Shown here: piece by piece, positions 56,838 to 64,000 of the stretch
Numbering within the stretch: position 1 is the first letter of the stretch
Layout of the letters: every line of letters begins with the position of its first letter
From: an uncultured Eubacteriales bacterium
GTDB lineage: Bacteria; Bacillota; Clostridia; Oscillospirales; CAG-272
Length of the DNA: 64,000 bases
Assembly: GCA_902491535.1 (NCBI GenBank)
Contig: CABUHS010000007.1
Coordinates: 17,743 to 81,742 of the forward strand
Direction: 5' to 3'
Notes under the pieces: model-generated
What the model was told of the DNA's origin: nothing
Seen by the model: only the letters and a program-made list of their open reading frames with translations
The model's database searches: none
Position numbers and translations under genes: made by a program

Positions 56838-56850
56838 AATATTATATGTT

Positions 56851-58380
56851 TTATATATAGTATTTAAATGGCTTTGCCGCCCAATTCACATCAGGAATGG
56901 CTGTTAGAATATCTCCTATTTTATCAGAAAACCGAAGAGTAACTGGAAGCCCATCTCCATACAAACAAGCATTATAATTAAGTTTTGTTAGGGCAAGGAT
57001 ATCTCTCATAACAGTCTTAATATCTGCTTGTCCTCTATTTATTTCAATATGTAATGGGCAAGCAACCTCTAAATGATTAGCGGTTTCAGTTTTGGGGATG
57101 AATCCTTTTGTCCACAAATAACCGCTTTTTTCATCTACATATAAACACAATCCGCGTAAAATGCCATATTGCGATTTGGGGTCGGTATTATCCTTTAACA
57201 ATCTCAGTCCACTTTTTTCTCTAATTGCTACGCCCACCAAATTTGTCGTTGGAGAAATGTTTGCGGCATCTTGAAACCCATTCCATTCATCATTTGTAAA
57301 TGCAGTTCTTCCGTGAATAAATAATTCTTTTGGATAGGATTTGTGTTTGTCGTAATATGCGTCAATAGCTATTGATAACAGTGCTTTTGCTGATATTCTA
57401 TCCAAATGAAAAGTTTTTTCATTTTTGCTTATCCACGGGCCAATATTTCCTCTAAAAACAACGCCATCACCTGAATCAAGAAACATTTGTGCCGCACTGC
57501 AAGCATATCCTTTCTGTTTGCCTGTATCTTGTAGTTTCTTAAACACAAGGCCAACATAACATACGCCCTCTCTTACAGCATCTAACTTCCACGGCAAACA
57601 TCCCAATTTGTAATATAAAGAGCTTGAATGTGTCCATGCAAGATGTGCTTTCATATCGCTATTGTATTCGTCGCTACCATCTTTAGGTTGGAATTGTAAT
57701 GTTGATTCAAGCATTACTTGAATGGGGCATGCTATTTTATTGTAAATTGCCCTCGCTTTTAACTGATCGTGAAAATCCGAATCTGATTCATACATTTCAA
57801 CATATTGGCTCAAATCTTCATTATCTTCTGGAAACAATGATATCTGGCCCGAAGTAAAGGTTTCAATTTGTTTTTTACTATAAGTTGCTTTACCAGAAAG
57901 GGATTTTGGTCTGCATAAAGTCAAGACTGCATTAGGAACAACTACATACCAAATATCTACAACCGATTCTTCGTCCTCTATGTATTTTTTAATTGCATTC
58001 AAATAAAGTGAAACTAAATTATATGTTCTCTCTTTTAGATTTGTAATCGCCAATGCAGTATCTAAGTCACTTTGTGATAAAATTATAGTTGCAGTAGGCT
58101 CGACAGACCATTCAATGCCAAACACTGATTTGAATCCCGGAAAAAATGGTCGTCCGGACGAATTTGTAAAAATTGGTTTATTCATTTGGCATACAAAAGA
58201 GCGATAATATTCCAATCCTTTTTCAGTACAAATAACGCCAACACGAATTGTACTACTATTTTTTTCATACGGTCCGAAAAGAGTTAGCCCATCCCTACTG
58301 TCCTCTGCGGATTGATTAAATGCAAATTTGAGCTTTGGTTCTTCCATATAGTATAATTGATTATTCGGCATTTTCATCAC
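56851..58380 (-). CDS. short prokaryotic Argonaute (MID-PIWI only), SPARTA-type
   Basis: 509 aa, too short for the N and PAZ lobes. It shows the blocks I recognise from characterised SPARTA Agos: EEPKLKFAFNQ..DSRDGLTLFGP, FHDQLKAR...PIQV (HK-type MID 5'-phosphate pocket), HLAWT, PWKL, AAQMFLDSGDGVVF, LTKLNYNAC, PVTLRFSDKIGDILTA and the C-terminal KPFKYYI. GTG at 58380; ATG alternatives at 58377 and 58371. Confidence 0.9.
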   Translation of the reverse strand: MMKMPNNQLYYMEEPKLKFAFNQSAEDSRDGLTLFGPYEKNSSTIRVGVICTEKGLEYYRSFVCQMNKPIFTNSSGRPFFPGFKSVFGIEWSVEPTATIILSQSDLDTALAITNLKERTYNLVSLYLNAIKKYIEDEESVVDIWYVVVPNAVLTLCRPKSLSGKATYSKKQIETFTSGQISLFPEDNEDLSQYVEMYESDSDFHDQLKARAIYNKIACPIQVMLESTLQFQPKDGSDEYNSDMKAHLAWTHSSSLYYKLGCLPWKLDAVREGVCYVGLVFKKLQDTGKQKGYACSAAQMFLDSGDGVVFRGNIGPWISKNEKTFHLDRISAKALLSIAIDAYYDKHKSYPKELFIHGRTAFTNDEWNGFQDAANISPTTNLVGVAIREKSGLRLLKDNTDPKSQYGILRGLCLYVDEKSGYLWTKGFIPKTETANHLEVACPLHIEINRGQADIKTVMRDILALTKLNYNACLYGDGLPVTLRFSDKIGDILTAIPDVNWAAKPFKYYI

Positions 58381-59665
58381 CTACCTGTTTATAAACATAC
58401 GGTTCTATATAACTCTTTTCTGAAATGAAACGCTCTGATTGACTTCTAATGTACATAGCATTTTCTTCGCAACAAGGGGTATAGAAAATATTTTCTGTTC
58501 CACCTGACAAGAAAAACATACTTGCTTGCAACCATTCTTTCCACTGCTTGTTGAACATCAAACGGCCTTTGCTTCGACGAGCTGCAATTTGTGAGGCATC
58601 AGGTAGAGGAATACCCTTTTCATCTGTAAAGATTATATGCCACTTAAATATTATCCCAGACATCGGATAATTTGTATAATACCCGCTCAATCCAAAATGC
58701 CATCTTTTTATACTTCTATAAGTTCCCGAAAGAGCTTTTTCTCTACTTGTTGCAAAGCGCTTTGATTTCGCACCATTAGGGAAAAAGTAAACATTTTTAC
58801 TGGTTTTACCTGAATTTGATTTATAACGACGCAAGCCGTGTTTGTAAAACATTTCACCTATCATCCAATTCACTATTGAAACAATATCGCGCGAAAGGTT
58901 GGATATGGATTCTCCAAGATATGTATTGGGTAAGGTGTGGTTTTGGATAGCGTCTTTTGTGTCCAACTTAATGAAATCTACTTCTCTCAAACACCAATCA
59001 CAGATACATTTGTTGCAGGCAAATGTCACGATTACTTTCTTATTCTTTTTCATAGGAATATGTCGAGTAGTTAAAACTTCTTCAACATCTTCTCTTTTAT
59101 AAATATAAACGGATTCGGGAAGATCGAGAGCAAAAAGGTTACTGCAATATTCATCTTCGTTATCAACTGTTTGCGATCTGAGCTTGGTTTGAGAACTAAA
59201 CCATCTATCGATATAATGCTGACTATCAGTATTTGACATGACCTTAACTATGTTTTCATCATTTAGATATTTTAACAAAGTCTCTAATCCCTTTGCCCAA
59301 TCATTGTAGAAATCAATTGCATTTAGTCGCAATATTTCTACAGGAAGGTCATTGTAGCTTACATTATCGATTCTAACTGGAACGATAAAATTGGGGTTCT
59401 GCCTTCTTATTTTATCTGCAACAGCCAATTCTTTTTGTACACCATCTCTGTTCGGATCAATAGATGCATTACTCATTACGAAAATAAACTTCACGGCATC
59501 ATTGCGAATTGTTTGGTCGATAGTATTCCAAAAATCAACGGATGGAGCAAGATCATTTAAATCTACCCACACCTTGTAACCGCAAAGTTCAAGTTTTGTT
59601 GCAAGCCATGTAGCAAAAATATTGTCAGTCGGAGTTGCATGACTAATAAAAATAGTATCTTTCAT
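58361..59665 (-). CDS. TIR-APAZ protein (TIR NADase effector fused to an APAZ Argonaute-partner domain)
   Basis: The N-terminal TIR domain (IFISHATPTDNIFATWLATKLELCGYKVWVD...FIFVMSNASI...GVQKELAVA, with a candidate catalytic Glu) is followed by about 290 aa. The 3' end overlaps the Argonaute start by 11-20 nt, and the size (434 aa) matches SPARTA partners. Confidence 0.9.
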   Translation of the reverse strand: MKDTIFISHATPTDNIFATWLATKLELCGYKVWVDLNDLAPSVDFWNTIDQTIRNDAVKFIFVMSNASIDPNRDGVQKELAVADKIRRQNPNFIVPVRIDNVSYNDLPVEILRLNAIDFYNDWAKGLETLLKYLNDENIVKVMSNTDSQHYIDRWFSSQTKLRSQTVDNEDEYCSNLFALDLPESVYIYKREDVEEVLTTRHIPMKKNKKVIVTFACNKCICDWCLREVDFIKLDTKDAIQNHTLPNTYLGESISNLSRDIVSIVNWMIGEMFYKHGLRRYKSNSGKTSKNVYFFPNGAKSKRFATSREKALSGTYRSIKRWHFGLSGYYTNYPMSGIIFKWHIIFTDEKGIPLPDASQIAARRSKGRLMFNKQWKEWLQASMFFLSGGTENIFYTPCCEENAMYIRSQSERFISEKSYIEPYVYKQVGDENAE

Positions 59666-59667
59666 AA

Positions 59668-60600
59668 TTATCTACCTCCTGACAAAAGTTCTGCATAGTT
59701 ATTCAACCGTTCCTCTACATACTCAGCAATCATCTGAACTATAGCCCCTGCGTCGTTATCTCTGTAATAACTGTCAAAGGTTTCATAATACCGCTTGCGG
59801 TCAGCAAACTTCACATTGATAGGAGGATAGCCGTTCTGCATAAGAAACAGGTTCAGGATCAAACGCCCTGTACGGCCGTTGCCGTCTACGAACGGGTGGA
59901 TTCCCTCAAATTTTAGATGAAACAGCGCTGCACTCTCAATCGGGTGTAGCTTTTTCTTTGAAAACTCTTTTATGAGCTTTTCCATCTGTTCCGGTACAAC
60001 AACCGGCTCCGGCGGCGTGTGGTATGCTCCCATGATTCTAACGGGAATCCGTCGATAAACGCCGCGATCTTCCGGTCTATCCATCAAAACCAGAGTATGA
60101 ATCTGCTTAATAATGTTTTCTGAAAAAGGAACTTTATCTTTTACTAATTCCTGTACATAAAGAAATGCGTCTTTGTGCCCGACGGCTTCTAAATGATCTT
60201 TCAACGGCTTTCGGTCAATCGTAATACCCTCTAAAACGAGAGCTGTTTCCTGCAAAGTTAAGGTGTTTCCCTCAATCGCATTCGAGTTATAAGTGTATTC
60301 AACCAAAAATTCTTCTTGTAACCGCTGTAATTCACCTCTCGTAAGTGGTCGCCGCTGATCTAACTGTTCCTTTAGGCTGTCAATGCGGGAAAACAACGGC
60401 AAATATTGTTCCGACACTGCTTTATGACGAAGGGTGCGCCCGTCAATCGGCTTTACAGCGTCACACGGTATTAGGTAAGAGCGCCCTTTTTGAATAACAC
60501 CTTCAATTTTTCCTTGCTGGCACAGAATACGAACCCTGCGATCAGAAATGCCCCATTGTTCCGCCGCCTGCGTGACTTTCATATATTCCATTGCGTTCAC
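59668..60600 (-). CDS. Fic-domain protein with an N-terminal HTH and an internal inhibitory motif
   Basis: It has the canonical Fic motif HPFVDGNGRTGR, an upstream SNAIEGN segment matching the (S/T)xxxE(G/N) inhibitory helix, and an N-terminal MerR-like HTH (VTQAAEQWGISDRRVRILCQQGKI). Its stop lies 2 nt before the TIR-APAZ ATG. Confidence 0.9.
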   Translation of the reverse strand: MNAMEYMKVTQAAEQWGISDRRVRILCQQGKIEGVIQKGRSYLIPCDAVKPIDGRTLRHKAVSEQYLPLFSRIDSLKEQLDQRRPLTRGELQRLQEEFLVEYTYNSNAIEGNTLTLQETALVLEGITIDRKPLKDHLEAVGHKDAFLYVQELVKDKVPFSENIIKQIHTLVLMDRPEDRGVYRRIPVRIMGAYHTPPEPVVVPEQMEKLIKEFSKKKLHPIESAALFHLKFEGIHPFVDGNGRTGRLILNLFLMQNGYPPINVKFADRKRYYETFDSYYRDNDAGAIVQMIAEYVEERLNNYAELLSGGR

Positions 60601-60756
60601 CGCCTACATAACATTCTTGTTTTTTATAGTATAGCACATAATCGGAATAATATCAATCTATTTTGCAGAAACTTCGGATTCATATCATTCCTAAATTTAC
60701 ATAGCCGTCTGCTTCGCCGCAGGCGGCTAAATCTATGTAAAGGAGGAAACCCCAAA

Positions 60757-61581
60757 ATGGCGAACTGTAAAGTAATAGCGGTGACGAACCAAAAAGGCGG
60801 CGTGGGTAAAACCACAACGACCGCCAACCTCGGAATCGGTCTTGCACAGGAAAACAAACGGGTCTTGCTGGTCGACGCAGACGCGCAGGCTTCTTTGACG
60901 CTCTCCCTCGGCTACCCCAAACCCGACGAGCTGCCCGTTACCCTTACGGACATTATGCAGGCGGTAATTGACGACGCCCCGATTCCCGACGGTCACGGTA
61001 TTCTGCACCACGGCGAGGGCGTTGATCTGCTGCCCGCGAATATCACATTGTCGGGTATGGAAATCCGGCTCATAAACGCTATGAACCGTGAACGGGCGCT
61101 GCGGACATATCTTAATGAAGTGAAACCCCATTACGACTATATCCTCATTGACTGTATGCCGTCGCTCGGCATTATGCCGCTGAACTCATTAGCGGCAGCG
61201 GACAGCGTTATCATTCCGTCGCAGCCGTCGTTTCTATCAGCAAAGGATCTGGATTTGCTCATGCACTCCATTTCACAGGTTAAACGGCAGATTAACCCCA
61301 AGCTAAAAATCGACGGGATTCTTTTCACGATGGTGGATAGCCGTACCAACGAGGCAAAGGAAATCATCGCTTCTCTGCGCGCTCACTACGGCGAGAAAAT
61401 CCGTGTGTTTAATACGGAAATACCCTTTTCCGTAAGAGCCGCCGAAACCAGCGGCAGAGGCAAGAGCATTTATGCTCACGACAAAAACGGTAAGGTTGCC
61501 GCCGCATACCACGCGCTGACAAAGGAGGTGTTGGAGATTGAGCGTAAAAACGAGAGATTTAGGAATGACGCCGTTAGATGA
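60757..61581 (+). CDS. parA: ParA-family partition ATPase
   Basis: Deviant Walker A NQKGGVGKTTT with an AAGGAGG RBS. The ORF-track N-terminal extension (from 60490) is antisense to the Fic gene end and implausible. Confidence 0.9.
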   Translation: MANCKVIAVTNQKGGVGKTTTTANLGIGLAQENKRVLLVDADAQASLTLSLGYPKPDELPVTLTDIMQAVIDDAPIPDGHGILHHGEGVDLLPANITLSGMEIRLINAMNRERALRTYLNEVKPHYDYILIDCMPSLGIMPLNSLAAADSVIIPSQPSFLSAKDLDLLMHSISQVKRQINPKLKIDGILFTMVDSRTNEAKEIIASLRAHYGEKIRVFNTEIPFSVRAAETSGRGKSIYAHDKNGKVAAAYHALTKEVLEIERKNERFRNDAVR

Positions 61582-62467
61582 CCTGTTTTCTACTGATGAA
61601 AGCCGAGCAGAATCACAGCTTGAAAAGGTCGTGACGCTGAATCCCGTTGAAATCTCCGACTTTCCGAACCACCCGTTCAAGGTCAAGCAGGACGAGGCAA
61701 TGGCTGAAATGGTCGAGAGCGTCCGAAAATACGGCGTGTTAGTTCCGGCTCTTGTCCGACCGAAAGAGGACGGCGGCTATGAAATGGTCGCAGGCCACAG
61801 GCGAAAGTTTGCGGCCGCTCTGGCTGAACTGACGGAAATTCCGTGTATCGTCCGCAATCTCTCCGACGATGAAGCTACCATTATCATGGTGGATAGCAAC
61901 CTGCAAAGGGAAACGATTTTACCGTCCGAAAAAGCATTTGCCTATAAAATGAAGTTGGACGCTATGAAAAGGCAGGGACAGAGGTCGGATTTAACTTCGC
62001 GCCCACTGGACACGAAGTCACGATCTGATGAACAGTTGGCAAAAGATTCTCCCGATAGTGCAAGGCAAATCCAACGCTATATCCGTTTGACCGAGCTTAT
62101 TCCCTCTGTCCTGCAAATGGTTGACGACGGAAAAATTGCTTTCCGTCCTGCCGTTGAGCTTTCCTATCTTTCCAAAGAACAGCAGGAATCCCTATACAGC
62201 ACAATGGAATGTGAGGACTGCACCCCGTCTTTGGCACAGGCTATCAAAATGAAAGAGTTTAGCAAAGATGGCAAGTTGACCGACGAGGTGATTCTCTCCA
62301 TTATGCAGGAGGAAAAGCCGAATCAGAAAGAACAGTTCAAAATGCCGAAAGAGCGTATCAGCAAATATTTTGCGCCGGGGACGCCCGCGCAGAAAATTGA
62401 AGATACCATTATTAAGGCTTTGGAACTATACCGAAAGCGTGAACGGCAAAAGGGCATGGAAAGGTAG
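61538..62467 (+). CDS. parB: ParB/Spo0J-family protein (ParB N-terminal nuclease-like domain)
   Basis: Motifs NHPFKVK, VLVPALVRP and VAGHRRKFAA. The start is TTG at 61538 after AAGGAGGTG. Confidence 0.85.
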   Translation: MSVKTRDLGMTPLDDLFSTDESRAESQLEKVVTLNPVEISDFPNHPFKVKQDEAMAEMVESVRKYGVLVPALVRPKEDGGYEMVAGHRRKFAAALAELTEIPCIVRNLSDDEATIIMVDSNLQRETILPSEKAFAYKMKLDAMKRQGQRSDLTSRPLDTKSRSDEQLAKDSPDSARQIQRYIRLTELIPSVLQMVDDGKIAFRPAVELSYLSKEQQESLYSTMECEDCTPSLAQAIKMKEFSKDGKLTDEVILSIMQEEKPNQKEQFKMPKERISKYFAPGTPAQKIEDTIIKALELYRKRERQKGMER

Positions 62468-62668
62468 AATTTTCCTAACAAGGGATAACTATACCCTAAA
62501 ATAAGGCAAGGTGCGGCGGTGTTCGCTTGTCCCCCCTCTCCACACCTCTCCCCCTCAAAAACTACCTGTACTACCCGAAAAAAGAGATATTACAGGGCGG
62601 CGATTTTCGTACCTTTGCAGAAATCCGCAAAAATTCGTACAATGAAGCTGCAAAGGAGGTTTGCGAAT

Positions 62669-63382
62669 ATGAAAAAAGCAAGGATAATCGCTGTTATGGC
62701 GGCATTGATTGTTTCTTTGTCGGGTTGTGCGAATACGGATTACCCGCAGGCGATACAGGACAGTTCGGGCATTGAAACGGTGACAAGAGGGATTGATGAG
62801 CGTACAGAGCCGGAAGAAAGTTCGTCCGCTTCTGTTTCGGAGAGTAAAGAGAACGCCGCTGACAGTACAGCCGCAGTCAAGGCAGAAACGGAATCGGCAC
62901 AGGCTGAAAATGCACAGCCTGCCGCAGAACAAAGTCCTGCACTGGGGACGCAATCACCACAGACGGCCGTTTCAAACAATACGCCGAAGCCTAAAACGCC
63001 GAAAGCCGTTGAGCCTACGCCGGAACCAAAGCCTGCGCCGACACAACAGCCCACGCCGCCCCCTGCGGAAGAAACGCCAAAGGTCGAGCAGCCGCGGGAA
63101 ACCACACCGGCGCCCGAAGAACCTGCCGTTCCCGAATTTAACATTCAGACTTGGATCGACTATGCCAAAACCTACGCTGTGAGTGTTGGGTTACGGCTTG
63201 AAAGCTCGGCGGTTGACTGTTGGGACAATCCTGTTGCCGCAGGAGCATACAGCACTTGTCTGGAACGGGATATTGCAGGCAGGCTGGATCGGTACAGCCG
63301 TGATGAAGATATTACCGATGTTTGGATATGGGCGCAGGCACGCTCCGACGGGAGCTACGATTTGTATATCGGCTACGCCTAA
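62669..63382 (+). CDS. lipoprotein with a Pro/Thr/Glu-rich linker
   Basis: MKKARIIAVMAALIVSLSGC contains a lipobox (LSGC), with an AAGGAGG RBS. The ORF-track start at 62519 is rejected. Confidence 0.7.
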   Translation: MKKARIIAVMAALIVSLSGCANTDYPQAIQDSSGIETVTRGIDERTEPEESSSASVSESKENAADSTAAVKAETESAQAENAQPAAEQSPALGTQSPQTAVSNNTPKPKTPKAVEPTPEPKPAPTQQPTPPPAEETPKVEQPRETTPAPEEPAVPEFNIQTWIDYAKTYAVSVGLRLESSAVDCWDNPVAAGAYSTCLERDIAGRLDRYSRDEDITDVWIWAQARSDGSYDLYIGYA

Positions 63383-63457
63383 ACAAAACCGAATATTTCA
63401 CTATGAACGCACTGTGTAAAAACACGGTGCGTTTTTTCATTTCAAGGAGGATTTCAA

Positions 63458-64000
63458 ATGAAAACGCAGAAAATCAAAAAATGTATGTCGCTGTTTCTGG
63501 CGGCGCTGATGTGCGTTACCACCCTGTTTGGGGTTGGGACGACCGCTTATGCCGCAGAAGAAACCGACGAAGTTTGCCTTGTTTCCTTTCCCCGTGACGG
63601 GGACGCCAATTACGGCGGCGAATGGGGACACGGCAGTTACACCTATATGAACGGCTGGAGCATGGCAAGTTCCCGCTATACTACCGTCCGCGCTATGGGT
63701 TCGTATGAGGGCAATATCTGTTACTGCATTGAACCCGGCGTTCCGCAGGAATCGGGCGACCGTTTCACGAAAAAGGGCGAGAACTTTTGGGACAATTACC
63801 CCTCGTCCTATAATCACACCATTTCGCCCGATGATATTAAGCTGTTTATCGGCCGTATCTTTCAGTACGGCTATACGGGTACGATTTCGACCTCTTGGCG
63901 TTCACAGAATGATGGCGGCGACAAGCTGGCTCACGCTGTTGCCACACAGCTTTTAGTTTGGGAAACCGTCGTTGGCGAGCGTGACGCCGATTTTAACAAG
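63458..64000 (+). CDS. secreted surface protein, probable thioester (TQxA-type) adhesin domain; partial, runs off right edge
   Basis: It has an AAGGAGG RBS and a signal peptide (MKTQKIKKCMSLFLAALMCVTTLFGVGTTAYA), then ..NICYCIEPG.. (candidate thioester Cys) and ..VATQLLVWE.. (TQxxxW motif). It is absent from the ORF track because it remains open at the window end. Confidence 0.55.
   Translation, partial: MKTQKIKKCMSLFLAALMCVTTLFGVGTTAYAAEETDEVCLVSFPRDGDANYGGEWGHGSYTYMNGWSMASSRYTTVRAMGSYEGNICYCIEPGVPQESGDRFTKKGENFWDNYPSSYNHTISPDDIKLFIGRIFQYGYTGTISTSWRSQNDGGDKLAHAVATQLLVWETVVGERDADFNK

Larger units (their letters stand above)
56009..64000. mobile_element. left end of an integrative (probably conjugative) element; continues beyond the window
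   Basis: It begins at the truncated tRNA-Leu. It carries two excisionase-type HTH genes, an AT-rich defence cargo, ParA/ParB, a lipoprotein and a thioester-domain surface protein, which are typical firmicute ICE modules. No integrase or T4SS genes fall inside the window. Confidence 0.55.

Noticed and set aside
60490-60756. N-terminal 89-aa extension of ParA in the ORF track
   Set aside because: The extension overlaps the 5' end of the Fic gene on the opposite strand and has junk-like sequence. A strong AAGGAGG precedes the ATG at 60757, which gives the canonical MANCKVIAVTNQKGGVGKTT start.
1-64000. CRISPR arrays, rRNA genes, IS elements with terminal inverted repeats
   Set aside because: Reading through all intergenic regions showed no regularly spaced direct repeats, no rRNA-like sequence and no transposase ORF.

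Overview
This window looks like a Firmicutes/Clostridia-type chromosome segment. It has strong GGAGG ribosome-binding sites, sigma-A TTGACA-17-TATAAT promoters and hairpin/T-run terminators. I found no rRNA genes and no CRISPR array. Positions 1-1700 hold the edge of a possible mobile element (TnpV-like start, small ORF, AraC/GyrI-like gene broken by an in-frame TGA) next to tRNA-Arg, followed by tRNA-Glu and tRNA-Met. Positions 2600-7400 hold an AraC regulator and a minus-strand ABC-transporter cluster headed by a small signal-peptide gene that carries an in-frame TAA. Positions 7600-28500 are a long minus-strand housekeeping block: leuS, rsfS, an LCP-family protein, yqeK, nadD, rdgB, ftsY, smc, a radical SAM gene, rnc, plsX, topA, dprA, a TrmH-family methyltransferase, rplT, rpmI and infC. 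Positions 28800-36800 carry plus-strand envelope and metabolic genes: a low-complexity membrane protein, a VanY/M15 peptidase, a GH5-like hydrolase, ldh and aspartate kinase. Positions 36900-55800 are an accessory mix. It includes a BceRS-BceAB-type peptide-antibiotic resistance module, pnuC, two Nudix hydrolases, a sugar O-acetyltransferase and a macrodomain-SirTM sirtuin pair with a coupled 55-aa zinc-ribbon ORF. It also includes an HxlR regulator, an AT-rich islet with four tandem XRE-HTH genes, a TetR operon, guaA and a B12-binding radical SAM gene. At 55954-56008 a 3' fragment of tRNA-Leu(CAA) marks the edge of an integrative/conjugative-type element that runs off the right end of the window (two excisionase-like HTH genes, ParA, ParB, a lipoprotein, a thioester-domain surface protein). 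The main finding sits in that element as an AT-rich cargo operon on the minus strand: a Fic-domain gene, a TIR-APAZ gene and a short prokaryotic Argonaute (MID-PIWI only). This is a SPARTA-type NAD+-depleting defence module, here translationally coupled to an upstream Fic gene.
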